A stretch of DNA of 64,000 bases. It comes from Podarcis pityusensis. Its lineage: Eukaryota. Below, in pieces: positions 31,697 to 42,539 of this stretch. Position numbers and translations under genes: made by a program. The notes under the pieces are model-generated. The model made no database searches. It worked only from the letters and a program-made list of their open reading frames with translations, and was not told the origin of the DNA. The stretch lies in the NCBI GenBank assembly GCA_964106645.2, contig CAXKZF020000137.1; one strand, written 5' to 3'. Each line of letters opens with the position of its first letter. Position 1 is the first letter of the stretch.

Positions 31697-32662
31697 GTGC
31701 CGCTCTTTGACCTGCCGCTGGAGCAGCTGCGGGACTACCGCTCCGAACTCGTCTCACCGGCCGACCTCGAGGACTTCTGGGCGTGCACTCTGGCCGAGAC
31801 ACGAGCCTTTGAGCTCGACGTTCGGCTCACGCCGCACCCCCTTCACCTGGCCCACGTCGAGGTCGACGAGGTCGAGCTCAGCGGCTTCGGCGGGCACCGA
31901 GTGCACGGTCTCTACCTGCGTCCTGCAGGCTCGACTGCCAGGCCCGTCGTCGTGCAGTTCCTCGGGTACGGCGACGGCACAGGCAGCCCACTCGACTGGC
32001 TGGCCTGGCCCGCTGCCGGGGTTGCGACCCTCGTCCTGGACACCCGCGGCCAGGGCGCCCGCGCGCGACGGGCCGGGCGCACCGGTGACCCAGGCGGGTC
32101 GGCCTCGCCCCACGTCGAGGGCTTCCTGACGAAGGGGGTCCTCGACCCCTTCGACTACTACTATCGCCGCGTCTACACCGACGCCGTCCGCGCTGTCGAG
32201 GCGGCCCGGACCCTTCCGGGCGTCGACCCAGCGCGAGTCGCCGTGCAGGGCACGAGCCAGGGCGGGGCCATCGCGTTGGCCACCGCGGCTCTCGCCGACG
32301 GGATCGCAGCGGCCCTCGTCAACGTCCCCTTCCTGTGCGACGTCCGGCGGGCGATCGGCCTCACCGACCGGGCCCCGTACGGGGAACTGCTAGCGCTCGT
32401 GCGCACCCTCCGGCACGACGCGGAGCAGGCGTTGCAAACCCTCTCCTACTTCGACGGCGTCGTCATGGCCGGGCTCGCGCAAGTGCCCGCGTTCTTTTCC
32501 GTCGCGCTCATGGACGACGTGTGCCCACCCTCTACGGTCTTCGCGGCATACAACGCCTACGCAGGCCCGAAGGAGATCGTCGTCTACCCGTACAACGAGC
32601 ACGAGGGCGGCGGAGTGCAGCACCAAGAGAAGGAGATCGCCTGGCTGCTCACGCATTCCTAA
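31697..32662 (+). CDS. acetylxylan esterase / cephalosporin-C deacetylase (CE7)
   Basis: DTRGQG, GTSQGG, DDVCPPST, NEHEGG. Confidence 0.9.
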   Translation: MPLFDLPLEQLRDYRSELVSPADLEDFWACTLAETRAFELDVRLTPHPLHLAHVEVDEVELSGFGGHRVHGLYLRPAGSTARPVVVQFLGYGDGTGSPLDWLAWPAAGVATLVLDTRGQGARARRAGRTGDPGGSASPHVEGFLTKGVLDPFDYYYRRVYTDAVRAVEAARTLPGVDPARVAVQGTSQGGAIALATAALADGIAAALVNVPFLCDVRRAIGLTDRAPYGELLALVRTLRHDAEQALQTLSYFDGVVMAGLAQVPAFFSVALMDDVCPPSTVFAAYNAYAGPKEIVVYPYNEHEGGGVQHQEKEIAWLLTHS

Positions 32663-33077
32663 TGTGCATCGAGGCGCAGCCCGAGCACTGTCCCGCGATA
32701 CATCGTCGACGACATCGACATCTTCTGCGTGTGCCCAGACGGACTCTGACACCGATGCCCCCACGGCAAGACCGCAGGCACTGCCTCTGCCATGTCCTTC
32801 TCCGTCCGCTTGCCGCAGCCCGGCGAGGTCGTCCTACCAAAAGACGAGCGTTGAAGGGAAATCCCCCCCGGGGCAGTCCTGGGAGCCACGACGGAAACGC
32901 TGATTCAAGGCCACCGCGGCTAATTCGCGTTCACTTCTAAGGGTGCTTTCCTGGGTCGACGGGGACCCTTCTGAATCTGACCCACCCTGGGCGAGGCGAA
33001 CATGCTCGTCCTTCGTCGACGCCGGGCATCCACCCCCGCTACTAGCGAGGTTCCAAGCACGGGTCTACCGTCGATGG

Positions 33078-33782
33078 ATGGCGCTCAACAAGCGGGTGCA
33101 GCAGCAAGACACGCCACCCGTGCGGGTCGCGATTCTCAACGACTACGAGGTCATCGTCCGCGGTATCGCGGCGATGCTCGCCCCTTTTTCCGATCGGGTG
33201 GAGGTCGTCGAGCTCGACTCCGGCTTGCTGGTCTCTCAACCGGTTCATGTCGTCTTGTACGACACGTACGCGGCGGCTGCTGGCGATAGCCCGGAGGTTG
33301 ACCGGCTCGCTCGAGATCCGATGGTGGAGCACACGGTCCTCTACACCTGGGCGATCACAGACGAGGTCATCCAGATCGCCGCCACCCGGCACGTGTCCGG
33401 GGTGCTGTCGAAGTCCCTCGGCGGCGCTGAGCTCGTCGACGCGCTCGAGCGGATCTACGCCGGCCAGAGCGTGATCTCAGCGCCGGAAGTCGAGGACGAA
33501 GACACCCATGAGGGTGACTGGCCTGGCAAGGAGCAAGGGCTCACACCGCGACAGTCGGAGGTGGTCGTGTTGGTCGTGGCCGGGTTGAGCAATCAAGAGA
33601 TCGCCCATCGCTGCTACCTGAGCATGAACTCAGTGAAGTCCTACATCAGAGCGGCTTACCGCACGATGGGGGTCAAGTCACGCACTCAGGCCGTTCTGTG
33701 GGGTGTCGAGCACGGCTTCCGCGCCAGCCCCCGAGCCCGCCTGCTTCCCCATGGCGACGACCACGAGGTGCCCCGGGCCTGA
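33078..33782 (+). CDS. LuxR/NarL-type response regulator with atypical receiver
   Basis: RVAILNDYEVIVRG, LTPRQSEVV..GLSNQEIA..SVKSYIR. Confidence 0.85.
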   Translation: MALNKRVQQQDTPPVRVAILNDYEVIVRGIAAMLAPFSDRVEVVELDSGLLVSQPVHVVLYDTYAAAAGDSPEVDRLARDPMVEHTVLYTWAITDEVIQIAATRHVSGVLSKSLGGAELVDALERIYAGQSVISAPEVEDEDTHEGDWPGKEQGLTPRQSEVVVLVVAGLSNQEIAHRCYLSMNSVKSYIRAAYRTMGVKSRTQAVLWGVEHGFRASPRARLLPHGDDHEVPRA

Positions 33783-33817
33783 AAGGCCCCGCTCTAGATG
33801 TACTCGGTCACGACGTT

Positions 33818-34447
33818 GGGACTGCTGAAGGTTCGGTTGACACCAGTTCTGTGGGGCCGGGAGGTCCCGCTGGAAGCATGTCGACATGCCTGCACCCCAC
33901 CCCAAGGAATTCCGTGACGATGTGGTCGCGCTCGCCCGCAAGGGCGAAGTTCCGATCGCGCAGCTGGCCAAGGACTTCGGGATCTCCCAGTCGTGCCTGA
34001 GGAACTGGCTCAAGACCGCTGATGTCGAGGACGGGATCCGTCCCGGCACGACCAAGGCCGACTCGGAGGAGCTGAAGGAGCTCAAACGACGCAACCGCGC
34101 GCTGGAGCAGGAGAACGAAGTCCTGCGCCGCGCCGCGGCGTATCTCTCGCAGGCGAACCTGAGGCTGGGCCAGTCCCCAAAATGACCTACCCGCTGGTCC
34201 TGGACCTTGCCGCCGACGGGATCCCCGTCGCGGTGACCTGCGGGCTGCTGGGGTTCTCCCGGCAGGCGTTCTACTCCTGGCGTACGCACCCCGTCAGCGA
34301 GCGGGACCTGGTCGATGCCTACGCGACCAACGCCGCCCACGAGGTACACCGCGACGACCCGGGGTTCGGGTACCGCTTCATCGCCGATGAGCTGGCCGAA
34401 GCCGGCCACGAGGTCTCCGAGCGGCGGGTGTGGAAGGTGTGCTCGCA
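33818..34447 (+). mobile_element. truncated second copy of IS 13424-14732 (orfA 33886-34185 intact)
   Basis: Same left IR and near-identical orfA; orfB stops at KVCSQ. Confidence 0.9.
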
Positions 34448-34687
34448 ACGAAAGAGGCCACCATCCGCTTCCTTCGCCCTGGCCTGGGTCGGCTGCACTG
34501 CACCGTGGAAGTGCCCCGCCGCGAAGCCGAGTTCGCCATCGAGCAGCTGCGGACAACTACCGGTGTCGACATGCGCAACACCACACGGCTGTACGACAAG
34601 CGCGGCGACGCCGTCGTCGAAGCCGAACATGTCCTACGAGTCAAGAAGCGACAGGTCACGGGCGCTGAGGAGCGCCGCCACGCCTAG
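34448..34687 (+). pseudogene. 3' half of a diverged copy of thioesterase 6320-6814
   Basis: TKEATIRFLRPGLG..EHVLRVKKR aligns with 6584-6787 with scattered substitutions. Confidence 0.85.
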
Positions 34688-35040
34688 ATCGGGCCACCCC
34701 TACCTGCGGGGTCCAGCAGACCAGCCCGGCGGCCGGCCCCGCCGGCAAGGATCCCGTCAGTGACGCATCCGGCGCTCGCGTCGACCACGAGGAGAAGACC
34801 TCTCCCCCGACCTGCTCCAGACCGTCGGTCATCAAGCAGCCGTCACCCCTTGTCGCGTGCACCTCGGTAATACGGGGTGTCCGACCGTGGAACCGAAGCG
34901 CGCCCTCACCGCGTCGTAGTGGGCAACCAATCGGTAACAGAAGTACTCGGTCGGTCGTTCGCGCAGGTCAGCCCGCCAGCTCACGGGTACGGTCGCGGTT
35001 CGGTTCGGGTGGGGTGCTCGGACGTAGCAGGGGAGACAGC

Positions 35041-36030
35041 ATGGATGAGCGGTATGCCGCGATGCGCAAGAAGGCGCAGTACCACGCCGCACGATCGAGG
35101 CAACGGGCCGCGCGGATCGTCGAGCTCGAGGCGGCGCTGGATCGGGCGCAGTCAGCGGTGAGCACGGACCGGGTGCCGCCGGTCTACGGCGCGACGCGCT
35201 ACAGCGTCTTCGTCCCCGGCAGCCTGGAGTGGCAGCTGTCCTCGACGGGCGAGGACGAGCAGGCCTACCGGGAGCGGCTGTGGTCGGCCGAGCGGATGGG
35301 CCCGCGCCAGCAGGTCTTCCTCGAGTGGGCGACGCCGATCTACCAGGGCTTCCACGACGCCTACGGGTACCGCCACGTCGTGCAGTACAGCGCCGAGATG
35401 CCGGCGCGGTGGCGCGAGGCCCTGCTCGACGCCGCGGCGACCTACCCCGTGCTGCTGCCCGTGCCCTCGCACCGCTGGCAGGACCGGGTCGGGGCGATCC
35501 GCGAGGACCTGCGCGCCCGCGACGCCGGGCCCGGCCCGGTGGCCTGGCTGCGCGTCGACGACGACGACCTGCTCGCGACGACCTTCCTCGACCGGCTGGT
35601 CCCGCTGGTGACGACCGCGCACGACGGGTGGTCGGTCTCCTTCGGCAAGGGTCTGACGGCCGAGTACGAGGACGGTCGGCTCCACCGCTTCGGGCTGACC
35701 AACCGCACGATGGCCTCGATGGGGCAGACCTTCGTCGGCACGGTCGACCGCTCCGGCAGCCCGACCTTCCCCCCGCTCGTCAGCCACGTGCGCGCCCACC
35801 GCGAGATGCCCGTGGCCGTCGACTCCCGCGAGGTCGCCTACCTGCGCCTGCTCCACGACCAGCAGGACCGCGACCTCGCCGCAGATCCGGTGCAAAATCC
35901 CACCGACGCCTACCACGTGGAGCACCTCGACGAAGACCTCGCCCGTCTCTTCCCCACCGTGCTCCCCCACGCCGAACGCCCCGAGGAATCCCTGGTCACC
36001 TCGGCGCCCCGCCGTTCACGGGGTGATTGA
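35041..36030 (+). CDS. putative glycosyltransferase (putative rhamnosyl-transferase-like)
   Basis: TRYSVF, RLWSAERM..R, LRVDDDDLL. Confidence 0.7.
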   Translation: MDERYAAMRKKAQYHAARSRQRAARIVELEAALDRAQSAVSTDRVPPVYGATRYSVFVPGSLEWQLSSTGEDEQAYRERLWSAERMGPRQQVFLEWATPIYQGFHDAYGYRHVVQYSAEMPARWREALLDAAATYPVLLPVPSHRWQDRVGAIREDLRARDAGPGPVAWLRVDDDDLLATTFLDRLVPLVTTAHDGWSVSFGKGLTAEYEDGRLHRFGLTNRTMASMGQTFVGTVDRSGSPTFPPLVSHVRAHREMPVAVDSREVAYLRLLHDQQDRDLAADPVQNPTDAYHVEHLDEDLARLFPTVLPHAERPEESLVTSAPRRSRGD

Positions 36031-36144
36031 GACGGGTGTGCAACCGATGCAGTGATTCCCTTCATCCGGTCGACACCGTGCACAGTGATCCACGACCCTC
36101 GCCCAGGCGTCGCTCGATGCCAATCGCAGGGGTTGGGGAATTCG

Positions 36145-37523
36145 ATGCGTTCGCTCGTTCGTCGGGCGGCAGCTGTGCTGCTCGCCTTCTTTGTTATGTT
36201 CACCGGAGCCTGGAGCGCCGCCGCACCAGCGTCCGCGCGGACGATGTGCCCAGTCCGGATCGCAACGTCATCGGGGGCTGCCTCCTGCGGTTCGACGGGG
36301 CCGGCTTGCCCTTCTTGTTGCCGTCGCTGGGTCGGCCTTGCATCGGCGCGGTCTCGGTGACCCGGACCGGTCTGGGAGATCTCGAGATCCATCTCGCCCC
36401 CGGGGCGCGGTACCCCCAGACCCGTCTGCTGGTCAGCGCCGACACGACGCTGACCTCACGAGGGATCACCGTGGGCGCCTCCCGCAGCCCCCGCTCGATC
36501 GCGTTGCGCTTCTTCGACTCCAAGAGCGGCAAGCGGGTCGATATGCGCAACTCTGCGCACCGTGCCCGGGTCGTTCGCGGCGGCGCGTCGGTCGGCTGGC
36601 TGGGCCGCAGCGCCGTCAACGCGACACAGCTGGACCCCGGCATCGACGCCTATGGGCGCTACCACGACCGCCTGGCGACGGACGACCAGACGGTGGCCGG
36701 CGGGTGCGCCATCCGTTTCAGCTCCACCGGGCCGAAGATCCACGCCAACAGCAGCCACCACTGCACCGGGGTGCGCAGCGTCGGCATCAGCACCCTGGGG
36801 CGCCTGCGGATCGTGTACTCGGACGAGCAGCGAGGCAGCACCATCAACGTGTCGGCCGACCCGGACGAGACCCTGGTGCGACGGGGCATCATCACCGGCA
36901 TCAGCTCCTCTCCCGCCGAGCTGCACGTCGACCTCTACGACGCACGGGCGAAGAAGCGCGTTGACCTACGACGCCTCGCCGACCGGAAGGTCATGGCGGG
37001 TACGTACGCGAACATGTGGGTGGCCTGGACGAAGACCACCGCCCGCCCCGGCCTGGCCAACGCGAAGACGACCCCTGCCCTGGACAAGTACGGCCAGTTC
37101 GTCCACGGCTCGGCGCCCGCGGGCGGCGTGCGACAGACCGGGTGCGAGATCCGCTTCGGCGGGACGGGCGCTCAGCCCTCGATGACCTCGACGTCGGCGA
37201 GCAGCTGCACGGGCGCGTCGTCGGTGTCCGTGGGACCCGCAGGGACCTTGCGGGTGGTGGCAGCCGAGGGGACGTCCGGGCCCATCATCGCGACGACGAC
37301 GGTGTCGAGCCGCTCCGCGGCCGACTACGGCATCCGGGCCGGCGCGTCGGGCGGAGTCGGCATCACCGACTACCGCTTCTACAGCATCCGGCTCGCTCGC
37401 AGCCTGGACCTGCGCAAGGCCGCCGACCGCGACCTCTTCCGTCGCACGAACGCAGCAGTCGTCCTCGGCTGGACCCGCACGGTCCCATCCCCGGACGTCG
37501 TCACCACCCCCGCCGTGGGCTAG
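36145..37523 (+). CDS. secreted protein with three internal ~140-aa repeats, frameshift near 36230
   Basis: Signal peptide in one frame; repeated GC.(L/I)RF..C.G..SV..G.L..GI..G.S..DLR in the other. Confidence 0.65.
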
Positions 37524-37801
37524 CCCAGCCGCTCTCGGTGCGGAGCGGCCGGCAGATGCAGCGAGGTAGACGGACCCGCGGGCAGGGGAAGACCGCGGGC
37601 CCGCCTACACCCGTGATCGTCGCACCCGAGCTGTCTCCGACAGATGGAAAGAGATCGATGGATCCGCCACACGCCGCTGTGGTCTCACGCCCCTATCTCT
37701 GCACTGACCAGATTGATCTCAAACACCACAATGGCCACATAGACCAGCTGCTTCACGGTGTCTTCGAACCCTGGGCACCGGCGACTGATGCCCCTTCCGG
37801 A

Positions 37802-38224
37802 TCATGGCTGGGTCCAGTCCCCATCGCGCCGTCCCCGGCGCAGCACGTACCCGGCGCAGCATCCTCCCGTCAGGGCGGCGACGCACAGACTAGCCCTCAG
37901 GTCCACCAGGACTGGGTTGCTGCTGAAGATGAAGAACGGCAGCACGATGGGCAGGGAGGTCAAGGTGAGCGCGCCGACGATCGTCGCGATTCGTAGGAGC
38001 AGCCGGGGGAAGAAGTAGGAGATGGCGAACCCGAGGGTGACCGCAGCCAGGGCGATGGGACCGCCGCCGGACAGCTCTTGATCCTCGGTGCTCGCCGAGA
38101 CAGACACAAGGGCTACGAGAGCCACCACCAGTACGCCCTGGGCAACCGTCGAGGTTCGGCTGTCGTCGGTCTCATCACGGGCGGACGCATCCCCTGCCCC
38201 TGGGGTACCGCTCGTCTGATTCAC
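37802..38224 (-). CDS. hypothetical membrane protein (4 TM)
   Basis: Four hydrophobic stretches. Confidence 0.55.
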   Translation of the reverse strand: MNQTSGTPGAGDASARDETDDSRTSTVAQGVLVVALVALVSVSASTEDQELSGGGPIALAAVTLGFAISYFFPRLLLRIATIVGALTLTSLPIVLPFFIFSSNPVLVDLRASLCVAALTGGCCAGYVLRRGRRDGDWTQP

Positions 38225-38248
38225 CGGGCAAATGGTACGGATGTCGAT

Positions 38249-38518
38249 TCACCCGGTTCGAGCTGATCGAGCACGCGGCGTGCTCAAGTCAGGCAGGGCC
38301 AAGTGCCACCCCTTCGGCGCTCGGCGCCCGGCCCACCAGGATGGCCGCTTGCGCAGCGCCCCACTAGCCAGGCTCATTGCCAAGTGGTCGGCGACGATTT
38401 CTGCGATCTGCTCCCGCTGCGAGGTCGACAGGTCACCACCGGCGTCACCGAGCGGGTCGTAGTCTTCGAGCCCCTGCATAACCACGGCGTGAATCGCCGC
38501 CCAGTCACGATCCGGCAT
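38249..38518 (-). CDS. hypothetical protein
   Basis: Overlaps the upstream gene end; protein-like composition. Confidence 0.4.
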   Translation of the reverse strand: MPDRDWAAIHAVVMQGLEDYDPLGDAGGDLSTSQREQIAEIVADHLAMSLASGALRKRPSWWAGRRAPKGWHLALPDLSTPRARSARTG

Positions 38519-39107
38519 TGCCCTCAACCCAGACCCCGACATCATCGCGAGAAGTGCTCCTCAAAGGCACCAGCAGGTCGTGTGCTCGGTCAGAGAGAGC
38601 CTCCCACTCCGGGTCGAGGAGCTGCACCGCGAAACTCGACCCGGCGTGGTTGCAGTCCCAGATCAGGCCTCCGCGCCCGACACCGGTCCCCGTGATGCAG
38701 CGCCCCGCGTGCCCGAGCGCCAGTGCGAAGTCAGCGTCGTCGTCGGGGTCGAACTGATGCAGGTCGTGGTAGTCGAGCTCCATCTCGAGGAACTCGAGGC
38801 GACTACGCACCGCCGTGAGGGTCTCGGCCCCCAGCCACTCGGAGACGGCTGCCTGGCTGTCGTCCCCAACGGTGAACCACTTACGTCCCCTTCGCTCCCG
38901 GACGCGTCGCGTCACAGCACCCTCGGCGAAGGGCCACACCGCGAAACCCGCTGCCATGACGAGGAACCACCACCGGGCCGTCGGCGACTCCGCGGCGACC
39001 GCGCTAGCCAGCGTGAAAGCCACAGCTACGCCGATCGCTAGACCCTCCACGACGCTCTCCCCGAACCCTTCCCCGCTGCGCCAGCGGGAGTGGTCGTCGC
39101 GGATCAC
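38505..39107 (-). CDS. hypothetical membrane protein
   Basis: Two TM segments; GTGA coupling to the resolvase stop. Confidence 0.55.
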   Translation of the reverse strand: MIRDDHSRWRSGEGFGESVVEGLAIGVAVAFTLASAVAAESPTARWWFLVMAAGFAVWPFAEGAVTRRVRERRGRKWFTVGDDSQAAVSEWLGAETLTAVRSRLEFLEMELDYHDLHQFDPDDDADFALALGHAGRCITGTGVGRGGLIWDCNHAGSSFAVQLLDPEWEALSDRAHDLLVPLRSTSRDDVGVWVEGNAGS

Positions 39108-39757
39108 AGCGCGGTCCCCTTATTCGCGGGCTGACCATCGCCGCGGTACAGCGGCAACGTGCCCTCCTCCGGCCCGGCATCGAACCTCGCCAGCGACGCG
39201 ATCTCGCCACGCAGGACCCGCCCGACCACCGCCCGGGACAACCCCGTCGTCGACGCGATCACACCCTGAGTCTTGCCCGCCTCGGCCATCTCGTGCACGA
39301 GCCGGAACTGATGAGCCGTGACCCGCGACGGCCGCCCCAGCGGTCCCCCCTTCGCCCTGGCCGCAGCCAAAGCCGCACGAGTGCGCTCAGCAGTCATCTC
39401 CCGCTCGAACTGCGCCACCGACGCCATGACGTGGAATAGCAGCCGTCCACCCGGTGTGGTCGTGTCCAGCGACTCCGTCAGAGAGCGGAACTCCACCCCG
39501 CGGGTGCCGAGCTCGTCAACGACGCTGATGAGGTGCTTGAGCGACCGGCCGAGCCGGTCGAGCTTCCACACCGTCAGCACGTCCCCCGGCTCGAGGCGCT
39601 CGAGCAACCGGGCCAGGCCCGGGCGGTCCGTACGCGAGCCTGACGCGTGGTCGGTGACGATGTGCTCGTCGTCGACGCCCGCCCGACGCAGCGCGTCGAA
39701 CTGCATCGCCGTGTCCTGGTCGAGCGTGCTCACCCGCGCGTAGCCCCACTCAGTCAT
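39104..39757 (-). CDS. serine recombinase (resolvase/invertase family)
   Basis: GYARVST..Q, DRPGL, VWKLDRLGRS, AQFER, GRP, C-terminal HTH. Confidence 0.95.
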   Translation of the reverse strand: MTEWGYARVSTLDQDTAMQFDALRRAGVDDEHIVTDHASGSRTDRPGLARLLERLEPGDVLTVWKLDRLGRSLKHLISVVDELGTRGVEFRSLTESLDTTTPGGRLLFHVMASVAQFEREMTAERTRAALAAARAKGGPLGRPSRVTAHQFRLVHEMAEAGKTQGVIASTTGLSRAVVGRVLRGEIASLARFDAGPEEGTLPLYRGDGQPANKGTAL

Positions 39758-39887
39758 CGCTGGTCTGCTCCCGCTCACGACGAGCCCGCTCACGGCTCTT
39801 GTTGAGCCGCGGATAGACCCAGAAAGTGCCTGCCAAGCTGCCGATGGAGGCGCCCACGAAGGCCCACGGGTTGATGTACTCCGTCAT
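39750..39887 (-). CDS. small membrane peptide
   Basis: MTEYINPWAFVGASIGSLAGTFWVY plus basic tail. Confidence 0.4.
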   Translation of the reverse strand: MTEYINPWAFVGASIGSLAGTFWVYPRLNKSRERARREREQTSDD

Positions 39888-39944
39888 TTGACCCCAGAAC
39901 GCGATCACGACCCACGCTGACGGACTGGCCACACCCTGCTCCCC

Positions 39945-40068
39945 TGCTCGAAAGTCGCTAGTTTTCAACCTTTCGAGCAACATTATCAGTGAGCAGGGGT
40001 TTCGAACGCCTTTCAGAGCCTCCCGCGGCCCCTCCCCCGGGCTGCTCGAAAACGATCGTCACTGAGCC
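39945..40068. other. res site 1 (site I at 40043-40068 plus accessory subsites)
   Basis: tgctcgaaaacg-AT-cgtcactgagcc; IR tgctcgaaag-N15-ctttcgagca; directly upstream of the resolvase. Confidence 0.75.
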
Positions 40069-40161
40069 GTGCTGGATGCCCGCCTAGAATTGCGGGCATG
40101 GCGCGCCCTCGGGCATTCGACCTGCGTGACGTCGCCGCAACAGAGGTGCACGCTGCACCAC

Positions 40162-41533
40162 TGGGGCCTGACCCCGGTTCTTGGACACGCTGAATCCAGC
40201 ATCTGCTGGGGAAGCGAGATGATCGAGGGACCATGGCCAGGAAGAACTACTCCGAGGAGTTCCGTCGTCAGGCCGTCGACTTGTGTGAGTCCACGCCGGG
40301 GGCCACGGTCCGCGGTATCGCTGAGGACTTGGGCATCGTGCGCGGCACGCTGCGTCAGTGGCTCCAGGCGTACGGGACGGGCAAGAAGACCGCTGCCGAC
40401 GGGACGGCGACCTCCAGCCCCTTGCAGTCCAAGGCAGCGCCACCGGGGCCGAGCGAGGAGGAGTCGCTCGAGCAGCGGGTGGCTCGGTTGGAGGCCGAGA
40501 ACGCGACGCTGAGGGTGCAGGCGACGAAGCTGACCACCGAGCGGGAGATCCTGCAGAAGGCGGCCAAGTATTTCGCCGGGGAGACGCGCTGGTGAGTCGC
40601 TTCCAGTTCGTCGCCGACAACTCCGCCACCTACCCGGTGAAGCGACTGTGCGAGCTCCTCGAGGTGAGGCGCTCATCGTTCTACGCCTGGCAGGCAGGCG
40701 CACCAGCCAGGACCGAGCGGGCTGCGGCGGACGCCGAGCTCGAGACTCGGATCCGCAAGGTCCACACCGCCGACAACACCGTCGGAGCCCCGAGGATCAC
40801 TGCCGAGCTCAATGACGGGGTCCCCCAGGGCGAGCGGGTCAACCACAAGCGGGTGGCGCGGGTGATGCGCGCGGCCGGGATCACCGGATACGTCAAGCGA
40901 CGCAAGGTCCGCACGACCGTGCCCGAGCCGGCCGATCGGAAGGTGCCTGACCTGCTCAAGCGCGACTTCACCGCCACCGCGCCGAACCGGCGCTACGTCG
41001 GTGACATCACCTACCTGCCGCTGTCCCAGGCAGCCGGCGGTGGGAATCTCTACCTCGCGACCGTGATCGACTGCTACTCCCGTCGCCTCGTCGGCTGGGC
41101 CATCGCCGACCACATGCGCACCGAGCTCGTCGAAGACGCACTCAAGGCCGCCGCCACGACCAGAGGATCACTCGCTGGGGCCGTCTTTCACAGCGACCAC
41201 GGGTCGGTCTACTGCTCGAAGGACTACGTCACACTCTGCAGCACGCTCGGCGTCGCTCAGTCCATGGGCGCCGTCGGCTCCTCGGCCGACAACGCGCTGG
41301 CAGAGTCGTTCAACGCCGCCCTGAAGCGAGAGGTCCTCCAGGACGCCAAGACCTGGCCCGACGAGCTCACCTGCCGCCGGCAGACATTCAAATGGCTCAC
41401 CCGCTACAACACCAAGCGCCGCCACTCCTGGTGCCGCTACAACACGCCGATCACCTACGAGATCGCCGCCACCGCTACGCTGCAACCTGCTGCGTAATCA
41501 CACCCCGTGTCCAAGGACCGGGGGTAGGGCCCA
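40162..41533 (+). mobile_element. IS3-family element (orfA 40233-40595, orfB 40592-41497)
   Basis: TG..CA imperfect IRs containing cttggacacg; YVGDITY, HSDHGS, DNALAES. Confidence 0.95.
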
Positions 41534-41697
41534 CTGGATCGGTCGATGGAACTGGTCACCCATCACTACTCCGCCTAACTTGAGAGTTCGGCCTTGCCGG
41601 GCACATCGAGTACAAACCGGCCTCGCGCTCGTCCGTTGGGTCCAAGATGTATCGCAGGGGCGCGGTGCGTCCCGCACCATCTAGTTTGGGAGTCACC

Positions 41698-42330
41698 GTG
41701 ATCGCTCGACGTCATCGCGCCTTTCCCGTAGTCGTCGCCATGGCAGTGCTGGGTGGGTGCTCGGCCAGCGCGTCAGAACCGGCGCGCGGCTATGCCCCGT
41801 CAGGCGAGACCACTGAGGTGACGGACCCTGATGTGAGCGCCTACCAGGGCAGGGTCTTCGACTCGGTGACGTCGTTGGCTGAGGCGCGCAAGCACGTCAC
41901 GATCTTGGGCACCGTCCAAAGCGAATCCCACGGGGCTCCCGAGGGTGAGATCGATTCCTTTACGACTGTCCGCTCAATCACCGTGGCGGTCGACGAGGTG
42001 CTAGATGGGTCGCTCACCGCAGGCTCTATCACTGTTGAGAACGGGGTGTACGAGTGGGGAGCCCCTGGCGACAACGACGCAGGTACTGCCAGGCGCTACA
42101 CAGCGCCGGGTCAGCCGTGGCTCGAGCCGGGCGAATTGGCAGTCTTGGTGCTGAAGAAGGCTCCCGGCGGAGGGTCTGTCGAATACCACAGCTTTGGTGA
42201 GGCCGGAACCTACCGCGTCACGGACGGCAAGCTGGCTGCATCACCAAGGTCCCCCCAGTTGTTGTCGGTGCCAGGTCTCCCCCACGAGCTGGTCGGAAGA
42301 ACCCCGGCCCAGGTGGCAGAGAAGCTGTAG
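41698..42330 (+). CDS. lipoprotein, paralog of 15375-16016
   Basis: Lipobox LGGC; long identical blocks such as LGTVQSESHG, GEIDSFTT, YHSFGEAGT, PGLPHELVG. Confidence 0.75.
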   Translation: MIARRHRAFPVVVAMAVLGGCSASASEPARGYAPSGETTEVTDPDVSAYQGRVFDSVTSLAEARKHVTILGTVQSESHGAPEGEIDSFTTVRSITVAVDEVLDGSLTAGSITVENGVYEWGAPGDNDAGTARRYTAPGQPWLEPGELAVLVLKKAPGGGSVEYHSFGEAGTYRVTDGKLAASPRSPQLLSVPGLPHELVGRTPAQVAEKL

Positions 42331-42370
42331 GCAGGTGCGCACCTGGTGACTGCAACGTGCAGCATCACCA

Positions 42371-42485
42371 TGCTCACTGACGATGGTTTTCGAACGGCGA
42401 CACTCCATGTGCGGGGGTCGGCTCAGTGGGTTGTTCGAAAGTCGCCGCATAGAGATTCGAAAGGGCGGTGATCGAGATTCGAGCA
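42371..42485. other. res site 2, inverted relative to res site 1
   Basis: tgctcactgacg-AT-ggttttcgaacg followed by gttcgaaag, ttcgaaag and ttcgagca subsites. Confidence 0.7.
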
Positions 42486-42539
42486 GGCGTTTGGTGCAAC
42501 TCGAAGGGCGCGGGAGCGGGGGCGACCGTTGACCCCCGC

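Noticed and set aside
37975-37986. gacgatcgtc core inside coding regions
   Set aside because: Common codon string in GC-rich genes and has no GCTC/GAGC arms
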